A stretch of 64,000 nt of DNA, from positions 18 to 64,017 of the forward strand of contig CALUPA010000002.1 of assembly GCA_944322395.1 (NCBI GenBank). The letters run 5' to 3'. Origin of the DNA: an uncultured Phocaeicola sp. Lineage in GTDB: Bacteria > Bacteroidota > Bacteroidia > Bacteroidales > Bacteroidaceae. Under the pieces are notes generated by a model. It ran no database searches. It was not told where the DNA came from and saw only the letters and a program-made list of their open reading frames with translations. This document shows positions 30,273 to 40,310 of the stretch, in pieces. Positions within the stretch are counted from its first letter, which is position 1. Each line of letters opens with the position of its first letter. Both the position numbers and the translations under genes were made by a program.

Positions 30273-30962
30273 ATGAACAACATTTCAGACATCACAATCA
30301 TGATTGCAGTCCTGGCACTTGCATTATGGCCGGCAATAATAGTCTACCTTTCATGGCGGAGAGAAAAGAAAATCATCAGCAGTTTAAAAAACGAATTACC
30401 AACCACACCCACCCCGAAAAAGGTTTCTACAGAAGAACTTATAGTCTCCACACTAAAGAGGATGGGATGTAACCCAGAAAAGAATGAAGAAGGGAATATA
30501 GGATTCATGTATCAGGGTGACGATTTCTACTTGTCCCTACAGGATGAAATTCCTTTCGTTATGATATGGTATCCTTGGTGGGGAACCATAAACGCCGACA
30601 ATCCAGTGTTGCCTTACCTTAAGGAAGTAATCAATGCTGTCAATATCAGTTCTTTTATCACCACAGTTTTTATGGCCGAAAATGAAGGAGATAAAGAAAT
30701 AGGCATACACTCACACTGCCACACGTTCTTTACTGAAAGCGAACTTGAGCCGGAGGAACATCTGAAATTGATTCTAGACAGTTTCTTTGACACCCGTAAT
30801 GCCATAAAGGAAAATATTGACAAGCTAGGTTCGGCAATTTCGGAAGATGAGGAGGAAACTAAAAAGGAAAGAGTAATAGTAAAAGGTTTTTCGGCATACA
30901 AGGAAAATTCTAAACCTATCGAGAAAAAGGAAGTGAAGGAAGAAGATAAAGAAAAGAAATAA
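30273..30962 (+). CDS. Membrane-anchored hypothetical protein (possible YbjN/T3SS-chaperone-like fold)
   Basis: N-terminal TM; L..MGC.P...EEGNIGF.YQG..F pattern; charged tail. Confidence 0.6.
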   Translation: MNNISDITIMIAVLALALWPAIIVYLSWRREKKIISSLKNELPTTPTPKKVSTEELIVSTLKRMGCNPEKNEEGNIGFMYQGDDFYLSLQDEIPFVMIWYPWWGTINADNPVLPYLKEVINAVNISSFITTVFMAENEGDKEIGIHSHCHTFFTESELEPEEHLKLILDSFFDTRNAIKENIDKLGSAISEDEEETKKERVIVKGFSAYKENSKPIEKKEVKEEDKEKK

Positions 30963-30977
30963 ACCGTTATAAATTTG

Positions 30978-31065
30978 AGTCACACGTTCGTGTCACTATA
31001 GTTACACCCTCGTATCACTTTCGTCACACGTTCGTGTTACGCTCGTTACACGAACGTGTAACAGT
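30978..31065. repeat. 88-bp element of eight phased 11-bp units (GTnnnAC), copy 2
   Basis: Units: agtcacacgtt cgtgtcactat agttacaccct cgtatcacttt cgtcacacgtt cgtgttacgct cgttacacgaa cgtgtaacagt. Lies between convergent stop codons. Confidence 0.9.
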
Positions 31066-31088
31066 GATTATGAATCGTTTTCGTGCAA

Positions 31089-31679
31089 TCAATCATCAGA
31101 AGACTTACGGATGCTAAATTCACACCCGCAATACTGCTGATTATAAAAATCATACTCCTTTATTATGGCTATTCTGCGTTCACTCAAACCGCCCTTGCGC
31201 CAATTCTGCTCCCACCAAACAACATCCGTGTATGGTTCAACTGCATAGTGCCCCGCTTCATTTATCTGTTCAAGGCTTTTCCAACGTGATGAAGCCAGGG
31301 TAGTAGTAATAACTCTGAATCCATGCTCGTGGGCATAACGTGCCGTATCGCGCAAACGCATCTTAAAACAGCGCAGACAACGTACTCCCCTCTCCGGTTC
31401 ATTCTCCATACCTTTGATACATTCCAGCCATTGCGGATGGTCATAATCAGCATCAACGATATCCAGTCCCAATGATTGGGCATAACGCGTACACTCATCC
31501 TTACGTATATTATATTCTTCAAGAGGATAGATATTAGGATTACAATAATATATGGTAGGGCGTACATCATTCTGCATAAGACATTCTATTATTGCCGACG
31601 AACATGGGGCACAACATGTATGAAGCAGGACCCTGTCAGCTCCGCCGGGTACCTCTATTTGAAACTTTTTCTTTTTCAT
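31089..31679 (-). CDS. queH: Epoxyqueuosine reductase QueH
   Basis: LLHTCCAPCS, NPNIYP, RCLRC, YNQQYCGCEFS. Confidence 0.93.
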   Translation of the reverse strand: MKKKKFQIEVPGGADRVLLHTCCAPCSSAIIECLMQNDVRPTIYYCNPNIYPLEEYNIRKDECTRYAQSLGLDIVDADYDHPQWLECIKGMENEPERGVRCLRCFKMRLRDTARYAHEHGFRVITTTLASSRWKSLEQINEAGHYAVEPYTDVVWWEQNWRKGGLSERRIAIIKEYDFYNQQYCGCEFSIRKSSDD

Positions 31680-31685
31680 AGATTT

Positions 31686-32192
31686 CTATTTGTTTTTGAC
31701 ATTTCTTTGATAAGCAATTCTCGGCGTTCCGTTCGCCACATAAATTATTCCGCATTTCACGAAACCATTCTTTTCTAGAAGATGTTGCATCACCTTGTTG
31801 TCATGATGTGTATCGGCACGAAGGCATGGAGATACTTGCTGGCACCAGTCAATACATAATCCGGTAATTCCTTTCACAGTACCATCGGATGCCAGACGGT
31901 GTATCACGTAATACTGTTCATCATCAGGCCATTCGCCATCTTCTATATATGAATATGTAGGGTCAGGACCTGCAATAAGACAAAAAGTAGCAATCACTCT
32001 TCCGTCATCATCATTTACACAAACAAAACAATGCCCGGCAGCTATTTCGTTTCTCATCAGTTCCTCTTGTGGATAACCGTTAACCCACTGATTAGGATTG
32101 CCGGAAGATTTCATAAATTCCCTTGCTATGGCAAATATCCGCATCAGCCTGTCTATATCTGCCGGAACGGCTTTTCTTATTATCATGCTCAT
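31686..32192 (-). CDS. GNAT-family N-acetyltransferase
   Basis: QWVNGYP, DPTY..I..G.W, IHRLAS, DTHHDNKVMQ...KNGF..CG. Confidence 0.88.
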   Translation of the reverse strand: MSMIIRKAVPADIDRLMRIFAIAREFMKSSGNPNQWVNGYPQEELMRNEIAAGHCFVCVNDDDGRVIATFCLIAGPDPTYSYIEDGEWPDDEQYYVIHRLASDGTVKGITGLCIDWCQQVSPCLRADTHHDNKVMQHLLEKNGFVKCGIIYVANGTPRIAYQRNVKNK

Positions 32193-32215
32193 CGTATCTG
32201 AATAAATTACGTATG

Positions 32216-32223
32216 CAAAAGTA
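32216..32223 (-). promoter_or_regulatory. -7 promoter box for GNAT-queH
   Basis: TACTTTTG on the minus strand. Confidence 0.65.
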
Positions 32224-32328
32224 GCACTTTAATCAATTAACCAGACTAATGCAAATAAAAAAAAATGAACAGCCTCAACCATTACATAATAGCCTAGACT
32301 GTTCATTTGATGTATTTTAAATCTATAA

Positions 32329-34623
32329 TTACTTACCGCTCAATTGCTTGTCCATTGCAGCAGCCGCACGACGACCATCGCCCATAGCAAGGATTACTGT
32401 AGCACCACCGCGAACTATGTCACCACCTGCATATATTGTAGGGATAGAAGACTGCATATCCTCGTTTACTGCAATTGTACCTTTACGTCCAAGTTCAAGA
32501 CCAGGAATAGAGTTAGGAACAATAGGATTAGGAGATACACCTACGCTGACAATAGCCATATCTATATCTATAGTTTCGATTGCTCCCGGTATTGCCACAG
32601 GACTGCGACGTCCTGAAGCATCAGGTTCGCCAAGTTCCATTTTCTGAAGAACAACCTGTTTCACACGACCTTTTTCATCAGCAATGTATTCAATAGGGTT
32701 ATGCAGTGTAAGGAATTCAACTCCTTCTTCCTTAGCATGCTTAACTTCTTCCAGACGTGCAGGCATTTCTGCTTCCGAACGACGATAGATAATCATTGCT
32801 CTTTCAGCACCAAGACGTCGAGCTGTACGCACTGAGTCCATAGCTGTATTACCACCACCGATTACAGCAACTCTCTTACCGAATGTAACTGGGGTATCAG
32901 AATCTTCGCTCGCAGCATCCATCAGATTCACACGAGTAAGATATTCGTTGGAAGACATGATGTTGATTGAATTCTCGCCAGGGATATTCATAAAGTTAGG
33001 CAGACCTGCACCTGAAGCTACAAATACACCCTTGAATCCTTCATTCTCGAGATCTTCTACACTTACAGTCTTACCGATGATACAGTCTTTAACAAATTTC
33101 ACTCCCATCTTTGAGAGGTTTTCTATTTCCACGTCAACAATTTTGTTAGGCAAACGGAATTCAGGAATACCATATTTCAACACACCACCTATTTCGTGCA
33201 ATGCTTCGAATACAGTTACATCGTAACCCATCTTGGCCATATCGCCTGCAAATGAAAGACCGCAAGGACCTGAACCAACAACAGCTACTTTAATACCGTT
33301 CTTTTCTGCTATCTCAGGAACAGAAATCTGTCCGCTTTCGCGTTCATAATCGGCTGCGAAACGTTCCAGATAACCTATAGCCACAGCTTCGTGACCCATC
33401 TTAAGATGAATACACTTAGACTCGCACTGCTTTTCCTGTGGACAAACACGTCCGCAAACAGCAGGAAGAGCACTAGTCTGTTTCAATACGCGTGCAGCTT
33501 CGAGGAATTCACCACGTTCTATATTTTTTATAAATGCAGGTATATTGATTCCGACAGGACAGCCTTCCATACATGAAGGATTTGCACAGTCAAGACAACG
33601 CTTAGCCTCTGTCAAAGCCTGTTCTTCGTTTAGTCCAAGGTTTACTTCTTCCTTACGGCTATGTGAACGATATTCCGGATCAAGTTCATTCATATGAACA
33701 CGTGGAATAAGAGTACGTTCTTTTGGTTTCATACTCTTACGCAATTCTTCACGCCACTGTGCAGAACGGTCATCGGCTGGTTTAACAGCCTCGCATGTAT
33801 CAGGTTTAGCATCAAGCTTATGTATTTCTTCCACTTCAATTTCCTTGAATGCGCCCATACGTTTGAGCATTTCATCAAAGTCAACCTGATGTCCGTCAAA
33901 TTCAGGACCATCCACACAAACGAACTTAGTCTTTCCACCTACAGTGATACGACATGCACCACACATACCTGTACCGTCTACCATAATAGTGTTAAGAGAA
34001 ACATCTGTAGGAATTTCGTATTTCTTTGTAAGCAGACAAACAAACTTCATCATGATGGCAGGACCAATGGCAAAACATTTGTCCACCTTCTCACGTTTGA
34101 TAACTTCTTCTATACCTTCTGTTACCAATCCCTTCTTTCCATATGAACCATCATCTGTCATTATAATTACTTCGTCAGAACTTGCACGCATCTCGTTTTC
34201 AAGAATAATCAGTTCTTTTGAACGTCCGGCAAGTACTGTGATAACCTTATTACCAGCCGCTTTAAGAGCCTGTACGATAGGAAGCATAGGGGCTACTCCC
34301 ACTCCACCTCCGGCACAAACCACTGTTCCGAAATTTTCAATGTGCGTAGCTTTTCCCAAAGGACCAACAACATCTGTGATATAATCCCCCTCGTTCAACT
34401 CGCACAAACGTGTAGAAGACAAACCTACTTTCTGAACAACCAAAGTAATAGTTCCTTTCACCGGATCAGCTTCTGCTATAGTAAGAGGCATACGCTCCCC
34501 CTTTTCGCCTACACGAACGATAACGAAATGACCGGCCTTACGAGATTTTGCAATCAGAGGAGCTTCTATAACCAATTTAAAAACCTTCTCTGAGAAATGT
34601 TCTTTTGAAATAATTTTGTTCAT
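32329..34623 (-). CDS. Fused NfnA-NfnB-type flavin/Fe-S oxidoreductase (often annotated dihydroorotate dehydrogenase electron-transfer subunit / glutamate synthase small chain)
   Basis: ERMPLTIA, GGGVG, MVDGTGMCGACR...CVDGPEF (NfnA); RCLDC...CMEGCP, CGRVCPQEKQC, GSGP, GGGNTAMD (NfnB). Confidence 0.9.
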   Translation of the reverse strand: MNKIISKEHFSEKVFKLVIEAPLIAKSRKAGHFVIVRVGEKGERMPLTIAEADPVKGTITLVVQKVGLSSTRLCELNEGDYITDVVGPLGKATHIENFGTVVCAGGGVGVAPMLPIVQALKAAGNKVITVLAGRSKELIILENEMRASSDEVIIMTDDGSYGKKGLVTEGIEEVIKREKVDKCFAIGPAIMMKFVCLLTKKYEIPTDVSLNTIMVDGTGMCGACRITVGGKTKFVCVDGPEFDGHQVDFDEMLKRMGAFKEIEVEEIHKLDAKPDTCEAVKPADDRSAQWREELRKSMKPKERTLIPRVHMNELDPEYRSHSRKEEVNLGLNEEQALTEAKRCLDCANPSCMEGCPVGINIPAFIKNIERGEFLEAARVLKQTSALPAVCGRVCPQEKQCESKCIHLKMGHEAVAIGYLERFAADYERESGQISVPEIAEKNGIKVAVVGSGPCGLSFAGDMAKMGYDVTVFEALHEIGGVLKYGIPEFRLPNKIVDVEIENLSKMGVKFVKDCIIGKTVSVEDLENEGFKGVFVASGAGLPNFMNIPGENSINIMSSNEYLTRVNLMDAASEDSDTPVTFGKRVAVIGGGNTAMDSVRTARRLGAERAMIIYRRSEAEMPARLEEVKHAKEEGVEFLTLHNPIEYIADEKGRVKQVVLQKMELGEPDASGRRSPVAIPGAIETIDIDMAIVSVGVSPNPIVPNSIPGLELGRKGTIAVNEDMQSSIPTIYAGGDIVRGGATVILAMGDGRRAAAAMDKQLSGK

Positions 34624-34680
34624 TTTGAGCACTTAAAGTTAGTTATATTTCTGTTTTTCATTCTTTTTGTTTCAACCACG

Positions 34681-34688
34681 CAAAGGTA
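34681..34688 (-). promoter_or_regulatory. -7 promoter box for nfnAB
   Basis: TACCTTTG on the minus strand. Confidence 0.7.
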
Positions 34689-34803
34689 TAACAAATAAAA
34701 ATACTTACAAAAGAAATACATAAAATAACAACAAAACACACTAAAAAAGGACAAATGATGACTATTTATTCAAAAAAAATGGAGTATGATATTAAATAAA
34801 ATG

Positions 34804-34811
34804 TATCTTTG
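34804..34811 (+). promoter_or_regulatory. -7 promoter box for the TPR-vor operon
   Basis: TATCTTTG. Confidence 0.7.
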
Positions 34812-34838
34812 CATACGTCTAAAACATTTTGTATTCTG

Positions 34839-35117
34839 ATGAACACTATATTGGAAAACATAAGAACTATGATTAAGGACGGCAAAATAGAAGAAGCCAA
34901 AACAGCCTTAAACATAGTTATAGAAGAAAACAAAGAATATTCGGATGTAGCATATTATCTACTTGGAAATGCCTGCAGAAAACTCGGAGACTGGCAAGGA
35001 GCACTAAATAACTATCAAACTGCAATTGACATCAATCCTGAGAGTCCTGCCAAGGATGCAAGAGAAATGATGATGGATATACTGAATTTCTATAATAAAG
35101 ATATGTTTAATCAATAA
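34839..35117 (+). CDS. Small TPR protein
   Basis: AYYLLGNACRKLGDWQGALNNYQTAIDINPESPA. Confidence 0.85.
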   Translation: MNTILENIRTMIKDGKIEEAKTALNIVIEENKEYSDVAYYLLGNACRKLGDWQGALNNYQTAIDINPESPAKDAREMMMDILNFYNKDMFNQ

Positions 35118-35134
35118 AACTAAAATACGTATAT

Positions 35135-35362
35135 ATGGCTAAAATGAAAGGAGTGGTGGTAGTAAACACCGAGCGATGCAAAGGATGCAACCTTTGTGTG
35201 GTAGCTTGTCCGCTTAAAGTATTGGCTCTTACTCCAAAAGTAAATCAGAAAGGATATAATTATGTACAGCAGGTGGTGGAAGACACTTGCAACGGTTGTT
35301 CTTCGTGCGCTATTGTATGCCCTGACGGATGTCTGACTGTATATAGAGCCAAATGTGAATAA
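35135..35362 (+). CDS. 2x[4Fe-4S] ferredoxin (delta subunit of the 2-oxoacid oxidoreductase)
   Basis: CKGCNLCVVACP and CNGCSSCAIVCP. Confidence 0.92.
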   Translation: MAKMKGVVVVNTERCKGCNLCVVACPLKVLALTPKVNQKGYNYVQQVVEDTCNGCSSCAIVCPDGCLTVYRAKCE

Positions 35363-35396
35363 CCCAATAATTGACAAACGCTAAAACAAGAAAAAT

Positions 35397-36476
35397 ATGG
35401 CAGAAGAAGTAGTTCTAATGAAAGGTAACGAAGCCATAGCACATGCTGCAATCCGCATTGGTGTAGACGGATACTTCGGTTACCCTATCACTCCACAGTC
35501 TGAGGTGCTTGAAACACTGGCAGAACAAAAGCCATGGGAAACCACAGGTATGGTGGTACTGCAGGCCGAGAGTGAAGTTGCCGCAATAAATATGGTATAT
35601 GGAGGTGCGGGAACAGGAAAAATGGTAATGACATCATCATCAAGTCCTGGTGTCAGCCTTAAACAGGAAGGTATTTCATATATAGCTGGTGCAGAATTGC
35701 CTTGTCTTATTGTTAACGTAATGCGAGGAGGTCCCGGATTAGGTACAATACAACCAAGTCAGGCAGACTATTTCCAGACCACAAAAGGAGGCGGACATGG
35801 CGATTATCGTCTTATAGCATTGGCACCTGCTTCAGTTCAGGAAATGGCAGATTTCGTAAAATTAGGCTTCGAACTAGCATTCAAATACCGCAATCCGGCT
35901 ATGATTCTTGCAGACGGAGTAATCGGACAGATGATGGAAAAAGTAGTACTGCCTGAACCAAGACCAAGACGTACAGACGAAGAAATTATAGAACAATGTC
36001 CATGGGCATCGACAGGATGTAAAGGACGTAAGCCAAACGTAATAACATCCTTGGAACTTGATCCTGCCGTAATGGAACAGAGAAACCTGCATCTGCAAAA
36101 CAAATACGCAGAAATAGAAGCTAACGAAAGACGTTACGAAGAAATAGAATGCGAAGATGCAGAATATCTGATTGTAGCTTTCGGTTCATGCGCACGAATT
36201 GCACAGAAAGCAATGGAACATGCACGCGAAGAAGGCATAAAAGTAGGACTTTTCCGTCCTATAACACTATGGCCATTCCCAACTCCGGAAATTGCCCAAA
36301 GAGCTAAACAAGTTAAAGGTATATTGGTAGTGGAACTAAACAGCGGACAGATGATAGAAGACGTGAAGCTGGCAGTAGAATGCAATGTACCTGTACATCA
36401 CTTCGGAAGACTTGGAGGTATAGTTCCAGATCCAGACGAAGTAGTGGACGCACTGAAAGAAAAACTCATTAAATAA
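35397..36476 (+). CDS. vorB: 2-oxoacid (2-ketoisovalerate):ferredoxin oxidoreductase alpha-type subunit
   Basis: GNEAIA, GYPITPQSE, QAESEVAA, SSSPG, RGGPGLG. Confidence 0.9.
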   Translation: MAEEVVLMKGNEAIAHAAIRIGVDGYFGYPITPQSEVLETLAEQKPWETTGMVVLQAESEVAAINMVYGGAGTGKMVMTSSSSPGVSLKQEGISYIAGAELPCLIVNVMRGGPGLGTIQPSQADYFQTTKGGGHGDYRLIALAPASVQEMADFVKLGFELAFKYRNPAMILADGVIGQMMEKVVLPEPRPRRTDEEIIEQCPWASTGCKGRKPNVITSLELDPAVMEQRNLHLQNKYAEIEANERRYEEIECEDAEYLIVAFGSCARIAQKAMEHAREEGIKVGLFRPITLWPFPTPEIAQRAKQVKGILVVELNSGQMIEDVKLAVECNVPVHHFGRLGGIVPDPDEVVDALKEKLIK

Positions 36477-36493
36477 CCATGTAAGAAATAATA

Positions 36494-36664
36494 ATGAACA
36501 ACGACAGAATAAGAACCATACTGAACATCTTGTTCATGGTTGGAGCACTTGTATCCGTGATTTTATATTTCACTATAGGCGAAGATAAAACCGTATTCTT
36601 CTATGTGTGCGGCGCTTCACTGTTTCTGAAAATGATGGAATTCGTGTTCCGTTTCTTACTATGA
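36494..36664 (+). CDS. 56-aa two-TM small protein inside the vor operon (absent from the ORF track)
   Basis: Hand translation: MNNDRIRTILNILFMVGALVSVILYFTIGEDKTVFFYVCGASLFLKMMEFVFRFLL*. Fills the gap between the alpha and beta subunit genes. Confidence 0.8.
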   Translation: MNNDRIRTILNILFMVGALVSVILYFTIGEDKTVFFYVCGASLFLKMMEFVFRFLL

Positions 36665-36685
36665 CAATAACCGGAGGATAAGAAT

Positions 36686-37453
36686 ATGACAAAAGAAGAA
36701 ATAATGAAGCCGGAAAATCTGGTTTACCAGAAGCCGAAACTACTCAACGATAATCCAATGCACTACTGTCCGGGATGCAGCCACGGAGTAGTACACAAGC
36801 TTATTGCCGAAGTAATAGAAGAGATGGGCATGAGCGAGAAAGCCGTAGGTGTCAGCCCGGTAGGTTGCGCCGTATTTATGTATAACTACCTTGACATTGA
36901 CTGTCAGGAAGCAGCACACGGCCGTGCACCTGCTTTGGCTACAGCAATCAAAAGACTATGGCCGGACAGACTGGTATTCACTTATCAGGGCGACGGAGAC
37001 TTGGCTTGTATTGGTACAGCCGAAACAATACACGCACTGAACAGAGGCGAAAACATTACAATCATCTTTATAAACAATGCCATATACGGTATGACTGGAG
37101 GCCAGATGGCACCTACTACTCTACTTGGCATGAAAACCGCAACTTGCCCTTACGGACGTATTCCTGAAATCCACGGATATCCGCTCAAGATGACAGAAAT
37201 AGCGGCAACACTTGAAGGAACATGTTACGTGACAAGACAGTCTGTACACACTGTAGCAGCAATACGTAAAGCTAAAAAAGCAATACGCAAGGCTTTCGAA
37301 AACTCAATGCAGGGCAAAGGATCAAACCTGGTGGAAATAGTATCTACATGTAACTCCGGATGGAAAATGTCGCCAGAAAAAGCCAACAAATGGATGGAAG
37401 AAAACATGTTCCCATTCTATCAGCTTGGCGATTTGAAGGACACTACTTTATAA
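36686..37453 (+). CDS. TPP-binding beta subunit of the 2-oxoacid:ferredoxin oxidoreductase
   Basis: YCPGCSHG, AHGRA, QGDGDL...NNAIYGMTGGQ. Confidence 0.92.
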   Translation: MTKEEIMKPENLVYQKPKLLNDNPMHYCPGCSHGVVHKLIAEVIEEMGMSEKAVGVSPVGCAVFMYNYLDIDCQEAAHGRAPALATAIKRLWPDRLVFTYQGDGDLACIGTAETIHALNRGENITIIFINNAIYGMTGGQMAPTTLLGMKTATCPYGRIPEIHGYPLKMTEIAATLEGTCYVTRQSVHTVAAIRKAKKAIRKAFENSMQGKGSNLVEIVSTCNSGWKMSPEKANKWMEENMFPFYQLGDLKDTTL

Positions 37454-37483
37454 TAGTTCAATCACATTAATTATTCTAAGAAA

Positions 37484-38026
37484 ATGAAACATGAAATAAT
37501 TATAGCCGGATTCGGAGGACAAGGAGTATTGTCAATGGGTAAAATCCTTGCTTACTCTGGATTGATGGAAAACAAAGAGGTGACCTGGATGCCGGCATAT
37601 GGTCCTGAACAAAGAGGTGGTACAGCAAACGTAACCGTAATAATAAGCGATGAAAGAATATCTTCGCCGATATTGAGCAAATATGACTGTGCTATTATAC
37701 TGAACCAGCCATCACTGGCGAAATTCGAAGATAAAGTTAAACCGGGCGGAATCTTGATATACGACGGCTACGGAATAATAAACCCTCCAACAAGAAAGGA
37801 CATCAAAGTATATCGCATAGATGCAATGGACGAAGCCAACGAACGCAACATGGCAAAAACATTTAACATGATTGTTTTGGGAGGACTATTGAAACTTATG
37901 CCTGTAGTGTCTACAGAAAGTGTAGTCAAGGCACTACGCAAGACTTTGCCTGAAAGACATCATCACCTTATTCCTATGAATGAAGAAGCTATTCGTATAG
38001 GAATGGAAATAATAAAAGAAGCATAA
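37484..38026 (+). CDS. Gamma subunit of the 2-oxoacid:ferredoxin oxidoreductase
   Basis: AGFGGQG, YGPEQRGG, NMIVLG. Confidence 0.92.
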   Translation: MKHEIIIAGFGGQGVLSMGKILAYSGLMENKEVTWMPAYGPEQRGGTANVTVIISDERISSPILSKYDCAIILNQPSLAKFEDKVKPGGILIYDGYGIINPPTRKDIKVYRIDAMDEANERNMAKTFNMIVLGGLLKLMPVVSTESVVKALRKTLPERHHHLIPMNEEAIRIGMEIIKEA

Positions 38027-38054
38027 TCAAGAATTTATAGAATTCTATTTATAC

Positions 38055-38093
38055 AAAGGAGGAGCAATCTCTTGAAGATTACCTCCTTTTTTT
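38055..38093 (+). terminator. Terminator of the vor operon
   Basis: aaaggagg..aatct...agatt.cctcctttttt hairpin with a T-run. Confidence 0.7.
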
Positions 38094-38202
38094 CGTTTTT
38101 ATACTGTATATTCGGATAAGATAGGTTGCACCTCGGAATTACAAACCGAAAACTATATTTTCGCTTTGTACTTCTCTCGTTTTGCACTATCTTTGCCACG
38201 TT

Positions 38203-40284
38203 ATGAAAAAGATACTAATTATATCAATATTAATATTTGTTTGTGCCAATACATTCGCACAAAGCATGATGCAAAGCCAATATGGAACTTCTGCATCAGG
38301 AGTTAGCAGCAACCGTTTTGACAGGAATGGAAATCCCATTGACACGACTGCGGTTGTTGATGCAAGCACTGTACCTGTAGGTCTCAGCTCGTGGATAATA
38401 GACGAACGTTTTGGGAACAAAACTATAGTACCGGTAGATACACTTCAATTCGGATTCCAAAACACCAATGACAATGGCGGACCGACAGGGCATTATACAT
38501 ATCTTGGAAACCTTGGTTCACCAAGAATATCGCATGTATTTTTCGAAAGGGCGGAAACTACTCAGGAATTCTTTACAGACCCATATGATTTTACTTATTT
38601 GACTCCAGGCAAAGTAACATACACAAATACTAAGTCGCCTTTCACAAACCTAACTTATTATAAACACGGCTCTGGCAGGCGTGCAGAAGAAAGATTCAAG
38701 GCTTATTTTGCTGTTAATGCAAATAAAAGATTAGGCTTTGGATTCAATATTGACTACATATACGGCAGGGGTAAATACATGAATCAATCAACGGCCCTTT
38801 TCAACGGAAACCTGTTCGCATATTATCATGGTGATAATTATGAAATACACTTTAACTTCTTGAATAATAATTATAAAGTTACAGAAAATGGTGGTATTGC
38901 TGATGACAGATATATAACCCATCCACTTGATATGGCAGACGGAGGAAGAGTCTTGAATTCATATGAAATACAAACAAATCTGGAAGATATCTGGAACAAA
39001 AATACAGGATATCACGCATTCCTTACACATAGATATAATTTAGGATTTTATAAAGACGAAAGTACTGAAAACGATACAATAGTAAAGGAAGTGTTCGTAC
39101 CTGTGACAAGCTTCATACACACTGTAAAAGTGGATATGAACACACGTAGATATATTTCATACAACGATACTCAAAATAAAAATTATTTCAAGAATAATTA
39201 TTTGGGAAATGACTCTACAGACATCACAGAATATATGTCCGTAAAGAATACTGTAGGAATATCGTTACGAGAAGGGTTCAACAAATGGGCAAAAGCAGGT
39301 CTTACTGCTTTTGTAAGTTTTGAACATAGAAGATTTTCCATGACAGACAGTATAAACGGCAAAGTAGGACAATTCATGAGAGACTACAAAGAAAACACAC
39401 TCTCTGTAGGTGGTCAGCTTGTAAAGACACAAGGAAAAACCATACACTACGACGTACTGGGAGAAATAGCTATCTTGGGAGAAGATATCGGACAATTCAG
39501 CATTGAAGGTAAAGGGGATCTTAATTTCAAGCTATTCAACGACACCGTCAGACTTGATGCCCATGCTTATATAAAGAATATAAATCCATCATTCTATTAC
39601 AGACATTTCCATTCAAAACATTACTGGTGGGACAATGATTTGTCTATGATTAACAGAACCAGAATTGAAGGAAAACTAAGTATTGACAGATGGCGCACAC
39701 AACTACAGGCTGGAGTTGAAAATATTTCAAACTATACTTATCTGGACAATACATCAGTAGGAAGCAGTGGAAATAACGGCTCCACTACTTATAAAAACGA
39801 TGTTGCTGTTAAACAGTTTTCAGGAAGTATACAAGTTTTCAATGCCAAGCTTAGACAAGATTTCAAACTTGGCATATTGCATCTGGACAACGAAATTGTA
39901 TACCAGAAAAGCAGTAACAGCAGTGTTCTGCCTCTACCGGATTTGGTATTATACCATAATTTGTATATAAGAGCAGGACTTGCAAAGAAAGTGCTTACAG
40001 TGGAATTAGGAGCCGATGTAAGATATTTCACACAGTATTATGCACCTGATTATGCTCCTGCGATAGGACAGTTCTACTTGCAAAATCCTGAAACAAAATA
40101 TAAACTTGGAGGATACCCACTTGTGAATGGATACATAAATCTGCATTTAAAACGTACACGTATTTATGTAATGATGTATAATCTTGTACAAGGCACCGGT
40201 GAAAAAAGTTATATTTTTGCACCGCATTATCCACTAAACCCAAGAGGATTCAAATTTGGTATATCATGGAATTTTTTTGACTGA
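38203..40284 (+). CDS. Putative porin (Bacteroidetes putative-porin family)
   Basis: Signal peptide, YLGNLGSP, ENGGI, C-terminal FGISWNFFD. -7 box TATCTTTG at 38188-38195. Confidence 0.8.
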   Translation: MKKILIISILIFVCANTFAQSMMQSQYGTSASGVSSNRFDRNGNPIDTTAVVDASTVPVGLSSWIIDERFGNKTIVPVDTLQFGFQNTNDNGGPTGHYTYLGNLGSPRISHVFFERAETTQEFFTDPYDFTYLTPGKVTYTNTKSPFTNLTYYKHGSGRRAEERFKAYFAVNANKRLGFGFNIDYIYGRGKYMNQSTALFNGNLFAYYHGDNYEIHFNFLNNNYKVTENGGIADDRYITHPLDMADGGRVLNSYEIQTNLEDIWNKNTGYHAFLTHRYNLGFYKDESTENDTIVKEVFVPVTSFIHTVKVDMNTRRYISYNDTQNKNYFKNNYLGNDSTDITEYMSVKNTVGISLREGFNKWAKAGLTAFVSFEHRRFSMTDSINGKVGQFMRDYKENTLSVGGQLVKTQGKTIHYDVLGEIAILGEDIGQFSIEGKGDLNFKLFNDTVRLDAHAYIKNINPSFYYRHFHSKHYWWDNDLSMINRTRIEGKLSIDRWRTQLQAGVENISNYTYLDNTSVGSSGNNGSTTYKNDVAVKQFSGSIQVFNAKLRQDFKLGILHLDNEIVYQKSSNSSVLPLPDLVLYHNLYIRAGLAKKVLTVELGADVRYFTQYYAPDYAPAIGQFYLQNPETKYKLGGYPLVNGYINLHLKRTRIYVMMYNLVQGTGEKSYIFAPHYPLNPRGFKFGISWNFFD

Positions 40285-40310
40285 CACATAATACTTTAGA
40301 TACTTGAAAT

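Noticed and set aside
32329..34623. Glutamate synthase
   Set aside because: No large subunit nearby, and the N-terminal NfnA-type domain points to a transhydrogenase-type fusion.
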